A DNA stretch of 64,000 bases from IMG/VR virus record IMGVR_UViG_3300032331_003094, positions 1-64,000 of that record. One strand, written 5' to 3'. The position numbers and the translations under genes were made by a program. Shown one piece after another: positions 28,131 to 38,285 of the stretch (positions within the stretch are counted from its first letter, which is position 1; the number at the start of each line of letters is the position of its first letter). The DNA is from a virus. The notes beneath the pieces were generated by a model that searched no databases, was not told the DNA's origin, and saw only the letters and a program-made list of their open reading frames with translations.

Positions 28131-29880
28131 AACTCATCTCCTTTTGTAATGCTTCTAAGGTTCGATACAGATAGGGTGTAAGGTCCAGCCTTGGATCTGC
28201 AGCCATCGGAAGATCCGGTGACTCTGGGTGGGGGGTCTGCATCATTCCACCCACCAGGCGAGCAAACTGCGAGAACGCATTCTGCAATTCGCCTACCATC
28301 CTGAACGGGAAACCGCTTAACATAGCGGCTCGTTCTTCATCCGTCTTAGACGGAAATAAGAACTTCAGTGCTTCAATGCTATCAACACCTAATTCTTGTA
28401 GGTTTCTTACAACGATAGAGTTGTTTAAAACGTCTTGAGTTGACTCTTCATAAACAGGTCCAGTCCAACGCCACAAGACGGTTAAGTCCCCATCGGGAAT
28501 AAGGCCTGTTACTCCGGGGGGAATAATTTTTGTCTGCATGCAGGCCATCATGATTTGCTTGACCCTTTCGTCAAAACCAATCATTGCTTGCTTGTACAAA
28601 TCATTTTCTTCTGGCGGTGCATCTTCTGGCGGTTCAATTGGTTCTTCCAGGCCGGATGCTTTGGCTAAGGTTGCGCGGAACAAACGTTCCTCTTGGAAAA
28701 TAATTAACTCAAGACAACGTGCAATACCGTAAGAATAAATGGCAGTTGCTTTTTTCTTTGCTGTGGCTGATACACGACCAAATAATGATTTGTATTCAGT
28801 TGCAGTTACGCCAGCTGAAATGGATAGTTCATCGACACCACCAAGAGCTGTACGAATCTCTTCTCGAAATTGGCGAGCAAATGCGTTTTGATCACCAGTG
28901 ATAGCATCTGGAACAATGTAACCAACACGGTCGTTTGGCTCCAGGTTTGCAATAACGCGTGGTACACGAATCTGACCATCGATTCCGCGACCGATTGGAT
29001 CTTGTTTAAATGTTGACCTACTTAAAGAAGACAAGCTGCCAAACCCTGAGTTGGCTGCAATCGATGGACGTTGAACTGTAGTGTCTGCCCCGGACTCCAT
29101 AAGGTCTGTTTTGGGACGAGATGAAAGAAGGGTTGGATTACCAAAGAACTGAACGTTTTTGCGCATGGTGCGAACCAATTCGTCGTGCACGACGATGTGG
29201 CTGGCCATGGCGTCAAATTCGCCAGTACCTTCAGTTGAAAACCCTTTGGGGTTGTTAAAGATTTCAACGCAAGGAATAAAGCCCAAGCTGTTTTTAAATG
29301 TTTTGGTTTTACCAAGGGCTGTATAGTTTGGTAAATCAAACGACATCTCACTTTCCGAGTGAGTTTCTTCAATGGTACGTCGTTTAATTGAAAGCCTAAT
29401 AAAACGTTTGGCGCCTTGGCTGCCAAGTGTTGCAGTCCCGGTAAGATTGGAAACATTTACATTGTCACCAAAGCCATTACCTTGTTTGACTTTATAGCTG
29501 TAGATGATTACAACTTCATCTAACTCACCATCTACGTTGTAGTAGCTGCGATATTCGTGACTACGGAAGTAATACAGGCGGTAATTTGATTTGGTTGGAC
29601 GAATATAAAAAATGCCTTTGCCGTCACATAGGAAATAATCCCAGATTGAATCCAGGCGCACATCAAGTTGGTTATATTTGATTACACGGTCGAGAAAGTC
29701 TTTGCGCTGGTTGCCAAAGTTATCTTGAGTTGGAAAAAATTCCACACCTTGACGAATCCCAAACATTTTCATTTGGGAAAGATGTGACCCCACAATCATG
29801 GTGTCAACATGAGAACTAGGATCTTTCTCGACTGCCGCGTCGATAATTTCTTTTAAACGCGCCTTGGTATCAACAGCCAT
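27532..29880 (-). CDS. Portal protein (frame extends 599 nt into the scaffold gene)
   Basis: Size, position between terminase and scaffold, LGFIPCVEIFNNP..G.GEF motif. Confidence 0.75.
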   Translation of the reverse strand: MAVDTKARLKEIIDAAVEKDPSSHVDTMIVGSHLSQMKMFGIRQGVEFFPTQDNFGNQRKDFLDRVIKYNQLDVRLDSIWDYFLCDGKGIFYIRPTKSNYRLYYFRSHEYRSYYNVDGELDEVVIIYSYKVKQGNGFGDNVNVSNLTGTATLGSQGAKRFIRLSIKRRTIEETHSESEMSFDLPNYTALGKTKTFKNSLGFIPCVEIFNNPKGFSTEGTGEFDAMASHIVVHDELVRTMRKNVQFFGNPTLLSSRPKTDLMESGADTTVQRPSIAANSGFGSLSSLSRSTFKQDPIGRGIDGQIRVPRVIANLEPNDRVGYIVPDAITGDQNAFARQFREEIRTALGGVDELSISAGVTATEYKSLFGRVSATAKKKATAIYSYGIARCLELIIFQEERLFRATLAKASGLEEPIEPPEDAPPEENDLYKQAMIGFDERVKQIMMACMQTKIIPPGVTGLIPDGDLTVLWRWTGPVYEESTQDVLNNSIVVRNLQELGVDSIEALKFLFPSKTDEERAAMLSGFPFRMVGELQNAFSQFARLVGGMMQTPHPESPDLPMAADPRLDLTPYLYRTLEALQKEMSYAGRYRPIDPTDEPSTVSSTQQLRDGSSGTSGSTSPELPAGGSGGVSGGYQLPPSDTSSDYQLPIRPYSVRPPIPTELFGGGASGSTSEQPLGIGVQQGSGPAELTSPIPLPGSTVDDDSSVRPGQLWDSKRPSYATIGDADLISQPGILSQLFPNLFDAFVGGASPGNGPGNRGLLQPEQRKPSGVRRVRGRSSGNSK

Positions 29881-30022
29881 TAATCTTTAACCTGTTCTTT
29901 TTGAATCTTAGCAGCTTTGCGTTCCTTTCTATGTTTTAACCAGGTGCGAAAAAAAGCCAATTCACCAAACGTATACAGCCAGGGCTTCTTTAGTGCTTCT
30001 TTAACTAATTTTCTTTTTTTGG

Positions 30023-30382
30023 TCATGACACAATTTTATTTTGGAAACCAGCAGGAACAGCTTGACCTAATTGTGGTCCAGCATAAAAACCAGCGTTACC
30101 CATAGGCGCCATACCTGGAAGCCCCTGAACCAAGGGAAGTTGGGGACCTGCACCAGGCATCAAGCCGCGTTTGATAAGCTCTTCGTTGAGTTGCTGGTTT
30201 TGTTGCGTACCACCTTGGTACAAACGCTGAAGTTGTTCGCCCGAACGCTTGCCCAATGGACCTTGTCCTTGTGGAATATCAAAACTAGGGCCACCAGCAA
30301 TTAAAGGACTGTAGCCAACAGAAGGAAAAAAGCCAGGGTTACCAGGGGCGCCTGGTACGTTTGCTGCTCCGCCGTAATACAT
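30023..30382 (-). CDS. Gly/Pro/Gln-rich hypothetical protein
   Basis: 119-aa ORF. Confidence 0.55.
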   Translation of the reverse strand: MYYGGAANVPGAPGNPGFFPSVGYSPLIAGGPSFDIPQGQGPLGKRSGEQLQRLYQGGTQQNQQLNEELIKRGLMPGAGPQLPLVQGLPGMAPMGNAGFYAGPQLGQAVPAGFQNKIVS

Positions 30383-30406
30383 TTTATTATTTCCGTTCTT
30401 TTTATT

Positions 30407-30589
30407 TTACTCCTCTAATACCACATACCCAGCAGGATCATTTAATTTGCTGAGAATAAATCCTTCGCCTTTTACTTTCCAATCAAGGACATCACCTTCA
30501 TGCCAACCAAGATCTTCAAGTACTTCTTCGGGAAGAATGATAAACGATTCACCGTTTTCGTCTTCTTGGACTTCGAGAACGTAACTCAT
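30407..30589 (-). CDS. AbrB/MazE-like swapped-hairpin domain protein
   Basis: IILPEEVLEDLGWHEGDVLDW. Confidence 0.75.
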   Translation of the reverse strand: MSYVLEVQEDENGESFIILPEEVLEDLGWHEGDVLDWKVKGEGFILSKLNDPAGYVVLEE

Positions 30590-30594
30590 GAAAC

Positions 30595-30864
30595 TTAAAG
30601 TTTTTCAATAAGTTTATCAAGCTTTGCATTAATCTGCTTAAAGTTGTCGTGCATTTGTTGTAATTCCCTAAGGAAGTCAACTTTTAATACGTACTCCAAT
30701 GGCATTCGATTAATCTGCTCTTGGAGGTTGTCAACCTTTCTTTCGTTTTCTAGAATGCGGTCGTATAACGCATGCAGACGATCCTGATGACGACCCCAAA
30801 AGTTAGCCGAAAGTGGTGACACGGAAGTAGATGTATTTTCTTTTATTTTACGATTAGTAATCAA
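30595..30864 (-). CDS. Coiled-coil hypothetical protein (an internal GTG start is likely)
   Basis: MPLEYVLKVDFLRE...INAKLDKL. Confidence 0.55.
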   Translation of the reverse strand: MITNRKIKENTSTSVSPLSANFWGRHQDRLHALYDRILENERKVDNLQEQINRMPLEYVLKVDFLRELQQMHDNFKQINAKLDKLIEKL

Positions 30865-32380
30865 GATGTAAATTGCCTTTTCTCATAAGGCCTGTCACAA
30901 GCCATACTAATGCATCGACCGTATCGTCATGACCACTTACGCCGAAGTTTGTGAGTTCCTCGAAGAGATTTGTGAAGTTTCGGAAACGATTAAAGATAAT
31001 TTTTCGATCTTCAAACATACCAATGATACCCCGGAACCGTGCGAGCTTGTCAGCACGGAACCCTTTGACTGGGTGCCAAATCAAATTGTAGAGACCTTCG
31101 TCATTCAGGCAAACCCGCTTAAAGTCAGCTTCGAGGGAGGCTTGGTACTGGACGGCTTCTGACCAAACATCACATGTTGAGTAAGTAGGGAAATAATTTT
31201 TGTTTTCATCTTGTCCAATAATGGACCAATCATTAAGCAATTCTTTAAGAGCATCTAGTTTTTCCAGGTTCCCCATGACGCGAATACGTCGATAATCAAT
31301 AATATGGATACGATCTTCAATCCGACCACCCAGTACAAACACCGTGTAATCATTCTTTTCTTTAATGCCAGCAGACAGGTCAACACCAATCCCCAAGGCA
31401 TCAAATTCTGTTGCAATTTCTGCCTTGACAATAAGTTCTGGCGCCAATGAAAGTTCATTTTGCCTGACAATTTGATTCATGTACTGAAAGGAAAAAGCAA
31501 TGGGTGCTTGCCTTTTCTTTTCTTTCAGGTACTCTAGCGACCACATATCGGGCCAGTACGATTCCTCCTCACCGGTCTTCGGATCGTTTTGAATTGCTGA
31601 CAAAACAATTTGAGTCCAGTTGTTCTGTTCGTTGAATGTGGTGGCGTGAATGTCATCGTGCCTGAATCGGGTACCAAGACAAATCGCCCTGGCACCCTCA
31701 AACATCGTTGGTGCAATCACCGCATTCCAGTTATCCTGCATTGTCTTACGAATGTCAGGATTGCCAATATCAGCAGCAGACTTAATAGCGTCATCGATCA
31801 TTACCAGGTGCGAACGTTTAGAGGTCACTGAACCTTTAAGGCCAGCGGCGCAGAGGGTAAATTGTTCATCACCTGTTACATCAATACCAGCAAATTTATG
31901 ATCAATAGACCAATACTCATTACTGGTAACGTTTTTAAGAAGACGTACTTTGGGAAATACTTCTTGATATCGCTTGCTTTCAATAATGCGTTTAATGGTT
32001 GCTGATTTAGAACGTGCAATATCAACCGTATAGGAAAGATAAAGAATCTGCAGTGGAAGCTTGGCTTCAGTGTGAATGCCAATTGCCCATGCCGTCAGCA
32101 AACCCAAGACTGTTGATTTGGCCGACCCACGAGGGGCAAGTAAGTCTACGTTGGGACCTGCAATTTTAATTAGACATTGACTATCTTCACCCGTTACAAA
32201 GTGACGATGCCATTGTTTATGGTGTTCAGCAGGAGGTTTATCCGCTACATAATCACAAAAATATCCAAAGTCTTCACGTGCAAGTTTTGCTTGCTCGTAA
32301 TTTTTAACCTCTTTGACTTGATGATTTTTTGCCGCCGCACGTGCATTACGCCGATACGCGAGATGAACGTAAGAAGGCAT
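30854..32380 (-). CDS. terL: Terminase large subunit
   Basis: APRGSAKST Walker A, VMIDD Walker B, GTR coupling motif, GVDLS and HDDTVDAL nuclease motifs. Confidence 0.93.
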   Translation of the reverse strand: MPSYVHLAYRRNARAAAKNHQVKEVKNYEQAKLAREDFGYFCDYVADKPPAEHHKQWHRHFVTGEDSQCLIKIAGPNVDLLAPRGSAKSTVLGLLTAWAIGIHTEAKLPLQILYLSYTVDIARSKSATIKRIIESKRYQEVFPKVRLLKNVTSNEYWSIDHKFAGIDVTGDEQFTLCAAGLKGSVTSKRSHLVMIDDAIKSAADIGNPDIRKTMQDNWNAVIAPTMFEGARAICLGTRFRHDDIHATTFNEQNNWTQIVLSAIQNDPKTGEEESYWPDMWSLEYLKEKKRQAPIAFSFQYMNQIVRQNELSLAPELIVKAEIATEFDALGIGVDLSAGIKEKNDYTVFVLGGRIEDRIHIIDYRRIRVMGNLEKLDALKELLNDWSIIGQDENKNYFPTYSTCDVWSEAVQYQASLEADFKRVCLNDEGLYNLIWHPVKGFRADKLARFRGIIGMFEDRKIIFNRFRNFTNLFEELTNFGVSGHDDTVDALVWLVTGLMRKGNLHLDY

Positions 32381-32411
32381 GAGTTAGTACCAGGTATTAC
32401 TGAATACTAAC

Positions 32412-32570
32412 TCATTTCTTTTTCTTTTGTTTTTGTTGTTGATATTGACGTGCTTTATCCAAGGCAGCTTTCCGCTTGTCTTGATCAGACATCTCGGTAC
32501 CATCTTCGTTTGTTGCCTCTTTCTTTTTGAAATGAGCAACGAGTGCCGGTGGCATTTTGGAATCAGACAT
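32412..32570 (-). CDS. Small basic protein (52 aa)
   Basis: MSDSKMPPALVAHFKKK...QKQKKKK; coupled by TGATG to the upstream ORF. Confidence 0.55.
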   Translation of the reverse strand: MSDSKMPPALVAHFKKKEATNEDGTEMSDQDKRKAALDKARQYQQQKQKKKK

Positions 32571-33052
32571 CAATCAAATTCGCGGCTTGCGTATCCACCA
32601 CCCATGGTAATTCCTTTGCGGCGTGGTCGACCTTGTTGATTCCCTTGGGCAGCACCAGTGGATGCCATGCGTTGTTGATCTGTCGGTGCACCGCGTCCAC
32701 CAAATTGTTGTGCCATTTCACCAGGGGTTTCCGATTGTTGCGGACGTGCACCAGGGATGCCTACCCCACCGGAACGCTGCATATAAGTTTCATATGCCTG
32801 AGAATATTGATCGTCTGGTGAAGTACCCGCTGCCTGTAAGTTAGGGGCCGGGCTGCCAGTGGAAGTTTGTGCTGGTTGATTAAGAAAAGATGGTTCTGGA
32901 CGATTGGGGGTCGTTCCAGGTTGTGCTTGCGCTGCTTGTGTTGCAGGCACATTAGCAACTGCTTGCTTTTGTTGATTTAATGCATTTTGATAAAAACCAG
33001 ATCCACCTGCGCCAGGTGCACCGGATGTTGGTCGTTGAGCAGTAGCACCCAT
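32570..33052 (-). CDS. Low-complexity hypothetical protein
   Basis: 160-aa Q/G/A/P-rich ORF. Confidence 0.55.
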   Translation of the reverse strand: MGATAQRPTSGAPGAGGSGFYQNALNQQKQAVANVPATQAAQAQPGTTPNRPEPSFLNQPAQTSTGSPAPNLQAAGTSPDDQYSQAYETYMQRSGGVGIPGARPQQSETPGEMAQQFGGRGAPTDQQRMASTGAAQGNQQGRPRRKGITMGGGYASREFD

Positions 33053-33065
33053 GGTGAATACCTAA

Positions 33066-33222
33066 TTACTTTTTCTTTTTATTTTGCATTTCCCGCAGAC
33101 GAGCCATTTTGTCTTTGGGGCTCTCCTTGGGGGGAACTGCTTTGCCAGCAGCTGGCTTACCTTTGGGGGGCACAGCTTTACCGGCAGCGGGCTTGCCTTT
33201 GGGGGGAACTGGAGCGGGCATG
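33066..33222 (-). CDS. Small Lys/Pro/Ala repeat protein
   Basis: MPAPVPPKGKPAAGKAVPPKGKPAAGKAVPPKESPK; TATAAT upstream; start approximate. Confidence 0.6.
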
Positions 33223-33268
33223 ATATTTATGCTGTTGTTCTTATTATACGAGAAGTGCTGCTTTATTT

Positions 33269-33853
33269 TTATTCTTCTAATTGCATACGAGACCAAACGC
33301 TCATCGATGCTTCTTGTAAAGGTGATTCAATTGGATCATCTTTAAAAATAAACATTAACTCACGAATGGCGCGATCAGCACCAGCCATTAAAAGACCTTT
33401 GCGATCTTTGTTGGAAGTAAACTGTTCAACCTGTGCAATTGTGCCACGCAATTCTTTTTGCATGCTGGCAATACGAGCAACGCCTGCGTCTCGCTTGACG
33501 GAACAGTTTTCAATATCTTCACGCAATTTTCGAATATCTTCTTGCATTTCTGCAATTTCAAGAAGAAGAATCTTGCGGTGATCTGGTTTTTTGTAATTGG
33601 CTTTAATCCATTCTTCACACGAAACAATGCTCCCTGTATAACCAAGAAACTTGGCATACAGAAAACATTCAATTATGGAGTAATTATCTTCGGAAAATGA
33701 ACAAAAAGACTCTTGGGTAGCGGAGTCAAGATTATCGATCCAGGTATCAAACAGCTCAATACTTATAAGCTTGTTGTGCCTGTCGATAGTCTCGGGCTTC
33801 GTCGCTTTCGCTGTATTTTTGCTTTTGGGCGGCAAGAGCTTCTTGTTGAGCAC
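33269..33853 (-). CDS. Putative terminase small subunit or hypothetical helical protein
   Basis: Helical coiled-coil ORF upstream of terL; true start probably downstream of the ORF-track start. Confidence 0.4.
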   Translation of the reverse strand: MLNKKLLPPKSKNTAKATKPETIDRHNKLISIELFDTWIDNLDSATQESFCSFSEDNYSIIECFLYAKFLGYTGSIVSCEEWIKANYKKPDHRKILLLEIAEMQEDIRKLREDIENCSVKRDAGVARIASMQKELRGTIAQVEQFTSNKDRKGLLMAGADRAIRELMFIFKDDPIESPLQEASMSVWSRMQLEE

Positions 33854-34019
33854 GGGTGTCCTCTAGTTTTTTCTTGGAATATTCGTAGGCAACACCTGCG
33901 GCTTTTTTATACGTTTCTAAAGGAAACGCAGCTGCTGCGTCAGCGGAAGAAGTATCTCCAAACGGATCAGCTTCTTGCCAAGCCCCAGAATCGTCTTTAT
34001 AGCCCCAGGTAGTTGCCAC
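33756..34019 (-). CDS. Hypothetical virion protein
   Basis: 87-aa ORF. Confidence 0.55.
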   Translation of the reverse strand: MATTWGYKDDSGAWQEADPFGDTSSADAAAAFPLETYKKAAGVAYEYSKKKLEDTRAQQEALAAQKQKYSESDEARDYRQAQQAYKY

Positions 34020-34034
34020 GGTTATTACCTAATT

Positions 34035-34271
34035 CTAGAAGTTGCTCATCATTTGAGCAAGGCCTTGTGCATAGATGTTGGGACGAGCCGAAACATCCTT
34101 GGCTTGCTGTTGACGAATTTTAGATTGTTCTAAACGGCCCAGGAGAGTTTGGAAATCGCCCAGTGAAGCGGCACCCATGCCACCATACTGTTGCTGGAAC
34201 TGTTGTTTATCAATAATGGCCTTATCTTCGGCAGACATGCCTTGATAAATGGGATCGTCTCTGTAAGCCAT
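34035..34271 (-). CDS. Hypothetical virion protein
   Basis: 78-aa ORF with TATAAT upstream. Confidence 0.55.
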   Translation of the reverse strand: MAYRDDPIYQGMSAEDKAIIDKQQFQQQYGGMGAASLGDFQTLLGRLEQSKIRQQQAKDVSARPNIYAQGLAQMMSNF

Positions 34272-34315
34272 GTTAATTCTTTAAACGAACTTTTTAAATT
34301 ATAGCAAGGTTAGTT

Positions 34316-35212
34316 TTAGGACCAGAACCCTGCTGTCAAGTTGGATAACAATTGTCCTTGTGTGCCAATACGTGCGACTTCTTTGCTGCCTTCATTTTTA
34401 ATTTTTTGGGTATCTTTATCAATTTGACCTTGAAGATTTGTCAAGCCAGCATTAAACATAAAGTCGCGGTTCTGACGCATCCTTGCTTGAAAGTCTTCAA
34501 TTTCTTTAGTTGTACCAGTAAATGAACTGGGACCTTTTGCTAATTCAATATTGGTTGCATTTTTAAGATCACCAGCATATGTCGGATCATACTCTGAGCC
34601 GTACTTGAATGTACGAACATCTCTTGCTAATCCTTTTTCGTCCGTTTCAGTTGTTTTTGCCCCATACATTGTGTCAAGATAATTATCTAAGTAACTTTTA
34701 TTAAATTTTTTATTGTATTCATCACTGCCTTTAAGCGAACTAGCAAGATCAGATAACTTATATCCGGCATCTTTTTGTAAGTTGGTAAATTTAGTCAGTT
34801 CTTCTGCGGTTGCTTCACGTCCCAAAACATCTTTATAAGCCTGTCCAGCAAGAAGTAAGTTTCTTTGTGGGGCCTTAGTAGTTTCTTCACCCTCTAAAGT
34901 ATTGAGATCGGTTTGAATTTTGGTATTTTGCGTTTCATCTTTATCTAAGCTATACTGTGTTCGATAATCTTCAAGTCCTTTTTTAGCTGTATTGTAATCA
35001 ATAAGGCCGGAAGTGTATTGATTTAAGATATTTTGCTTGTGTCCTTCATAGCCAGAAATACCAGTATTTCTAAGGCCAGTCATCCTGGTTTGCTCTGCTG
35101 TACGCTCTGCCTCCTCTTGCGCTTGAACTTTTTGCGCATGTGATGTCATGAACGCAAAATATGCCTTCTCTTCTGCACTGGGTTCAGGAAATTTAATACT
35201 ACCTTTTCCCAT
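34316..35212 (-). CDS. Virion/internal protein
   Basis: 298 aa, AGGAG SD, YKDVLGREA...SLKGSDEY helical motif. Confidence 0.55.
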   Translation of the reverse strand: MGKGSIKFPEPSAEEKAYFAFMTSHAQKVQAQEEAERTAEQTRMTGLRNTGISGYEGHKQNILNQYTSGLIDYNTAKKGLEDYRTQYSLDKDETQNTKIQTDLNTLEGEETTKAPQRNLLLAGQAYKDVLGREATAEELTKFTNLQKDAGYKLSDLASSLKGSDEYNKKFNKSYLDNYLDTMYGAKTTETDEKGLARDVRTFKYGSEYDPTYAGDLKNATNIELAKGPSSFTGTTKEIEDFQARMRQNRDFMFNAGLTNLQGQIDKDTQKIKNEGSKEVARIGTQGQLLSNLTAGFWS

Positions 35213-35260
35213 GATTATTCTCCTAGTTGTTTACAAATTTGAACATTTATTTCTTTTATT

Positions 35261-35842
35261 TTAACCGAATGAAGTTGTTGCATAGCTTGGCATGCGTCCA
35301 TAAGAATATGGATTTTCTTGGATTGGGCCAAACATTGCATCTGTACGGGCTCTTTGTTCAGAAAGTGTTCTGTTTAATTGATCTGCATTTTGTTGCCAAC
35401 GAAGTTTTTGTGCGCCAGGGGACAATGCATCTGCAATACCCGTCTGCCGTTCTTGGGAAGCAAGTTGTATTTTCCGAGGTTCCAAGAAAGCAAGTTGGTA
35501 ATCAGCTGCTTTTTTTTGTAAATCTGCTTGGAATTGACTTCCGCCTGTTGCGGCCCACACACCACTGAAACCATTTAATGCTGCTGCTCTTCCTTGTTGT
35601 TGAGCATTAATAGCCGCAGCTTGAATCTGTGCATTGGCTTGTGAGTTAGCACCAAATGCAGAACCAATTCCACCAATAGCAGAAAGACCAGCTGACAGTA
35701 GTATGTCGTCAATCCCAAAAGCCATATTTTTTTTACCGCTATTAGAAGTATTAGAACTATTATACTGTGTAGTTTGATTCCAATCATATGGATTGGCATA
35801 AACATTACCAAAACCAAAAGTTGGCAGGTTAGAGCCAGCCAT
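35261..35842 (-). CDS. Putative internal virion/ejection protein
   Basis: Gly/Ala-rich hydrophobic segment followed by a Q-rich coil. Confidence 0.55.
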   Translation of the reverse strand: MAGSNLPTFGFGNVYANPYDWNQTTQYNSSNTSNSGKKNMAFGIDDILLSAGLSAIGGIGSAFGANSQANAQIQAAAINAQQQGRAAALNGFSGVWAATGGSQFQADLQKKAADYQLAFLEPRKIQLASQERQTGIADALSPGAQKLRWQQNADQLNRTLSEQRARTDAMFGPIQENPYSYGRMPSYATTSFG

Positions 35843-35844
35843 TA

Positions 35845-36363
35845 TTAAATGTTGTAATACTGCCTACTTGGAATAGTTGAAGCAATTTGTGATAAACCAG
35901 CACTAGACCTGGCACCCTCTGCAAATCCACCAGCGAGCATATTGGCAATGACAGTGGGATCTTGATATTTAGTTAAGCCCCGTTCAATGCCTGTTTGAAG
36001 GGCAGTCAAGCCACGATTAATTAAGTTATATTTCATTTGTTGATCGCCTTGCGTTTTGTAAAACGCGGCGGCATCTTCTAAGTTTTGCTTACGTTCGGCT
36101 GCTCTGGCTTCTGGTGTATTTTGTTCATATTGATTTAATGCAATTTGTAAAAAGGCTGCTCCTGAGGGATCTCTCTTGGCAATTTCTTCAAAAGCTTGAG
36201 GACTTAATAAGCCTGAAAACTTACCAGCAATAGGAGTGCTTTGAATGCCACCCCCCAAAATATTAGAGGATCCTTCGGCAGGTACATAACTGTATGCGCC
36301 CCTAGTGTTAAAGCTTGTTCCAGCTCCTGGGGTAAAGTTTTTATTTAAATCAGAAATCGGCAT
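35845..36363 (-). CDS. Putative internal virion protein
   Basis: 172-aa ORF in a tightly packed operon. Confidence 0.5.
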   Translation of the reverse strand: MPISDLNKNFTPGAGTSFNTRGAYSYVPAEGSSNILGGGIQSTPIAGKFSGLLSPQAFEEIAKRDPSGAAFLQIALNQYEQNTPEARAAERKQNLEDAAAFYKTQGDQQMKYNLINRGLTALQTGIERGLTKYQDPTVIANMLAGGFAEGARSSAGLSQIASTIPSRQYYNI

Positions 36364-36365
36364 GA

Positions 36366-37235
36366 TCAGATACCGCGAACGCCACCGGTTTGTAATACGG
36401 AAGCAGCATAAGGATTAGAAGTCAAGATGTCACGGGTAGTAGCACCAGCTTGTTGTTGGGCGCCCGACGCTAATTGACCAGCAATGATCTGTTGGTTTAA
36501 TTGACCCATTAACTGAGCATTTTGTTGATTCAGTTGCATTTGACGAGTCTTATCTGCGTCTTTATATTTTTGTAAAATTTGATAATTTTGAGTTAGATAC
36601 TGACCAGGGATGTTAACTCCCATTTCCCTAGCCATTTGTAAATATTGTGCTTGTGCTTTGTCAGAAACCGTGCCGGGTTCAGCCCCTGTACCAGCAGCTT
36701 GTCCTGATTCACGTTGTGCACCCGCTACGGCACTCACGACACCTTGCGTAGCAGCTTGAGCACCACCAATAAGTTGATTACCCAATGCAGAAACACCTTT
36801 ACCTAACTGACTGGCGATTGGAGCGGCAAGTAAACCACCTGCGAGTTGTACGGCGCCACGTACCAAGGGTCCACCAGGGACCATTGCACTTAAGTTTTGA
36901 ATTCCTTTACCACCTAAAGCAGTAAGGCCAAGGGTTGCTAACCCGGCCATAGGATCTGTTGGAAATTGTTGAAGGGCGGCTGCAGCGCCAGGACCATAGC
37001 GAGCGGTTCTAGATGCTAAGGTACGTGCGCCACCAGGGATTCCTTCAGCTGTTTGAGTTAGGTTTGAAACATTTTGAAGCAGCCCATCAAACGGACCAGC
37101 AGGATTAACAGGCGAAACAATATCAGCTACTGTACGATTTCTAGGATCAAGAACAGTATTTTTTGCACTAATACGATCAATAGGAGATGATGGTCCCATC
37201 ATCGGATCTACTGGAAAAGCGTAAGAACCTGCCAT
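36366..37235 (-). CDS. Putative internal virion/ejection protein
   Basis: 289 aa, G/A/Q-rich. Confidence 0.55.
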   Translation of the reverse strand: MAGSYAFPVDPMMGPSSPIDRISAKNTVLDPRNRTVADIVSPVNPAGPFDGLLQNVSNLTQTAEGIPGGARTLASRTARYGPGAAAALQQFPTDPMAGLATLGLTALGGKGIQNLSAMVPGGPLVRGAVQLAGGLLAAPIASQLGKGVSALGNQLIGGAQAATQGVVSAVAGAQRESGQAAGTGAEPGTVSDKAQAQYLQMAREMGVNIPGQYLTQNYQILQKYKDADKTRQMQLNQQNAQLMGQLNQQIIAGQLASGAQQQAGATTRDILTSNPYAASVLQTGGVRGI

Positions 37236-37265
37236 GTTTTTGGTCTTCTATATGATTTAATTTTA

Positions 37266-38285
37266 TCAGCCTATATTTTGTTGTGTTGGATCCAAGGGAA
37301 CTGTACTGTATTGTTCTTGATAGTCATGTAGATCAGGAAGCCTAGGGCGGTTAGCCATCGCAATAACTTCGTTCACCACATTACCAATTGCAGCGCCGCC
37401 AACAGAACCTGCAAGCCCTGCCAAGATAGTGCGATTAGGGCTAACGCCACGCCTGCCTGCCATGGCAAGTCCAGTCGCTGCACCAGCTGTTGCAGCAGCC
37501 GATGGGATGGTAATAGGAAAACCAAGGAGACGTGCTTCCGGCACACCTTGAAGATTTTCTGTGGTTGCTTTTAAAACACCAAGATTTAATAAACCTTTAT
37601 CTTGGTAATAAGTTCGCATAAAATTACCGTACCTTTGAGGTGTTAAATCAGGAATATCTTGTTTTGCTGTCTCGTATTTAAGTGGTTGTCCTTGACGTTG
37701 TAAAAAGAAACGCTCAAACAATTCTTCCGCAGGTTGGGTAGTTTCACGACGATCTTCTGAACCAGGTTCTGCATACTGTTGAGCAAAACCCTTTGGCCTA
37801 AACAACTCACCTGGATTGGTAATATCATAAATACCCATTGATGCAGCAACAGGTGTCATCGTTGCAAGACCTAACAAACCCTTCTGGGTTGGTGTCATTT
37901 GTGAAACCTGTTCACCAACTTTGCCTGCTTTAGCAATTAATTGTTGAGAAATAGCTAGTGGGTTATTGTATTTCCACCAATAACGACGAGATTGATCAGT
38001 ACCAAGATCAGTGATTACCCTGGCGGCATAAGCTCCAGCAAACTCTGCGGGATTGGCTTTAGCCGTAATTGGCTCGCGCCCAGGTTGTTGAACGGGTCTG
38101 GGAACACCATCTACATCTTGAATGACTTTTTTACCAGAAGCTCCTGCTGTCAATGCTTTATTAAATGCTGGATTAAAAATACTATGTACAGCGGTATCAC
38201 CCGCTTCTTGCATAATTTGTTCACCAGTTTTATAACCTCTTTTTAAAGCTTGGCCAAACTCAATAATGCTTTGTGGTAATTGCAT
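37266..38285 (-). CDS. Putative internal virion protein with a C-terminal glycine zipper
   Basis: AGLAGSVGGAAIG. Confidence 0.55.
   Translation of the reverse strand: MQLPQSIIEFGQALKRGYKTGEQIMQEAGDTAVHSIFNPAFNKALTAGASGKKVIQDVDGVPRPVQQPGREPITAKANPAEFAGAYAARVITDLGTDQSRRYWWKYNNPLAISQQLIAKAGKVGEQVSQMTPTQKGLLGLATMTPVAASMGIYDITNPGELFRPKGFAQQYAEPGSEDRRETTQPAEELFERFFLQRQGQPLKYETAKQDIPDLTPQRYGNFMRTYYQDKGLLNLGVLKATTENLQGVPEARLLGFPITIPSAAATAGAATGLAMAGRRGVSPNRTILAGLAGSVGGAAIGNVVNEVIAMANRPRLPDLHDYQEQYSTVPLDPTQQNIG

Noticed and set aside
30407-30589. MazEF toxin-antitoxin pair
   Set aside because: AbrB-like gene has no adjacent toxin-like ORF
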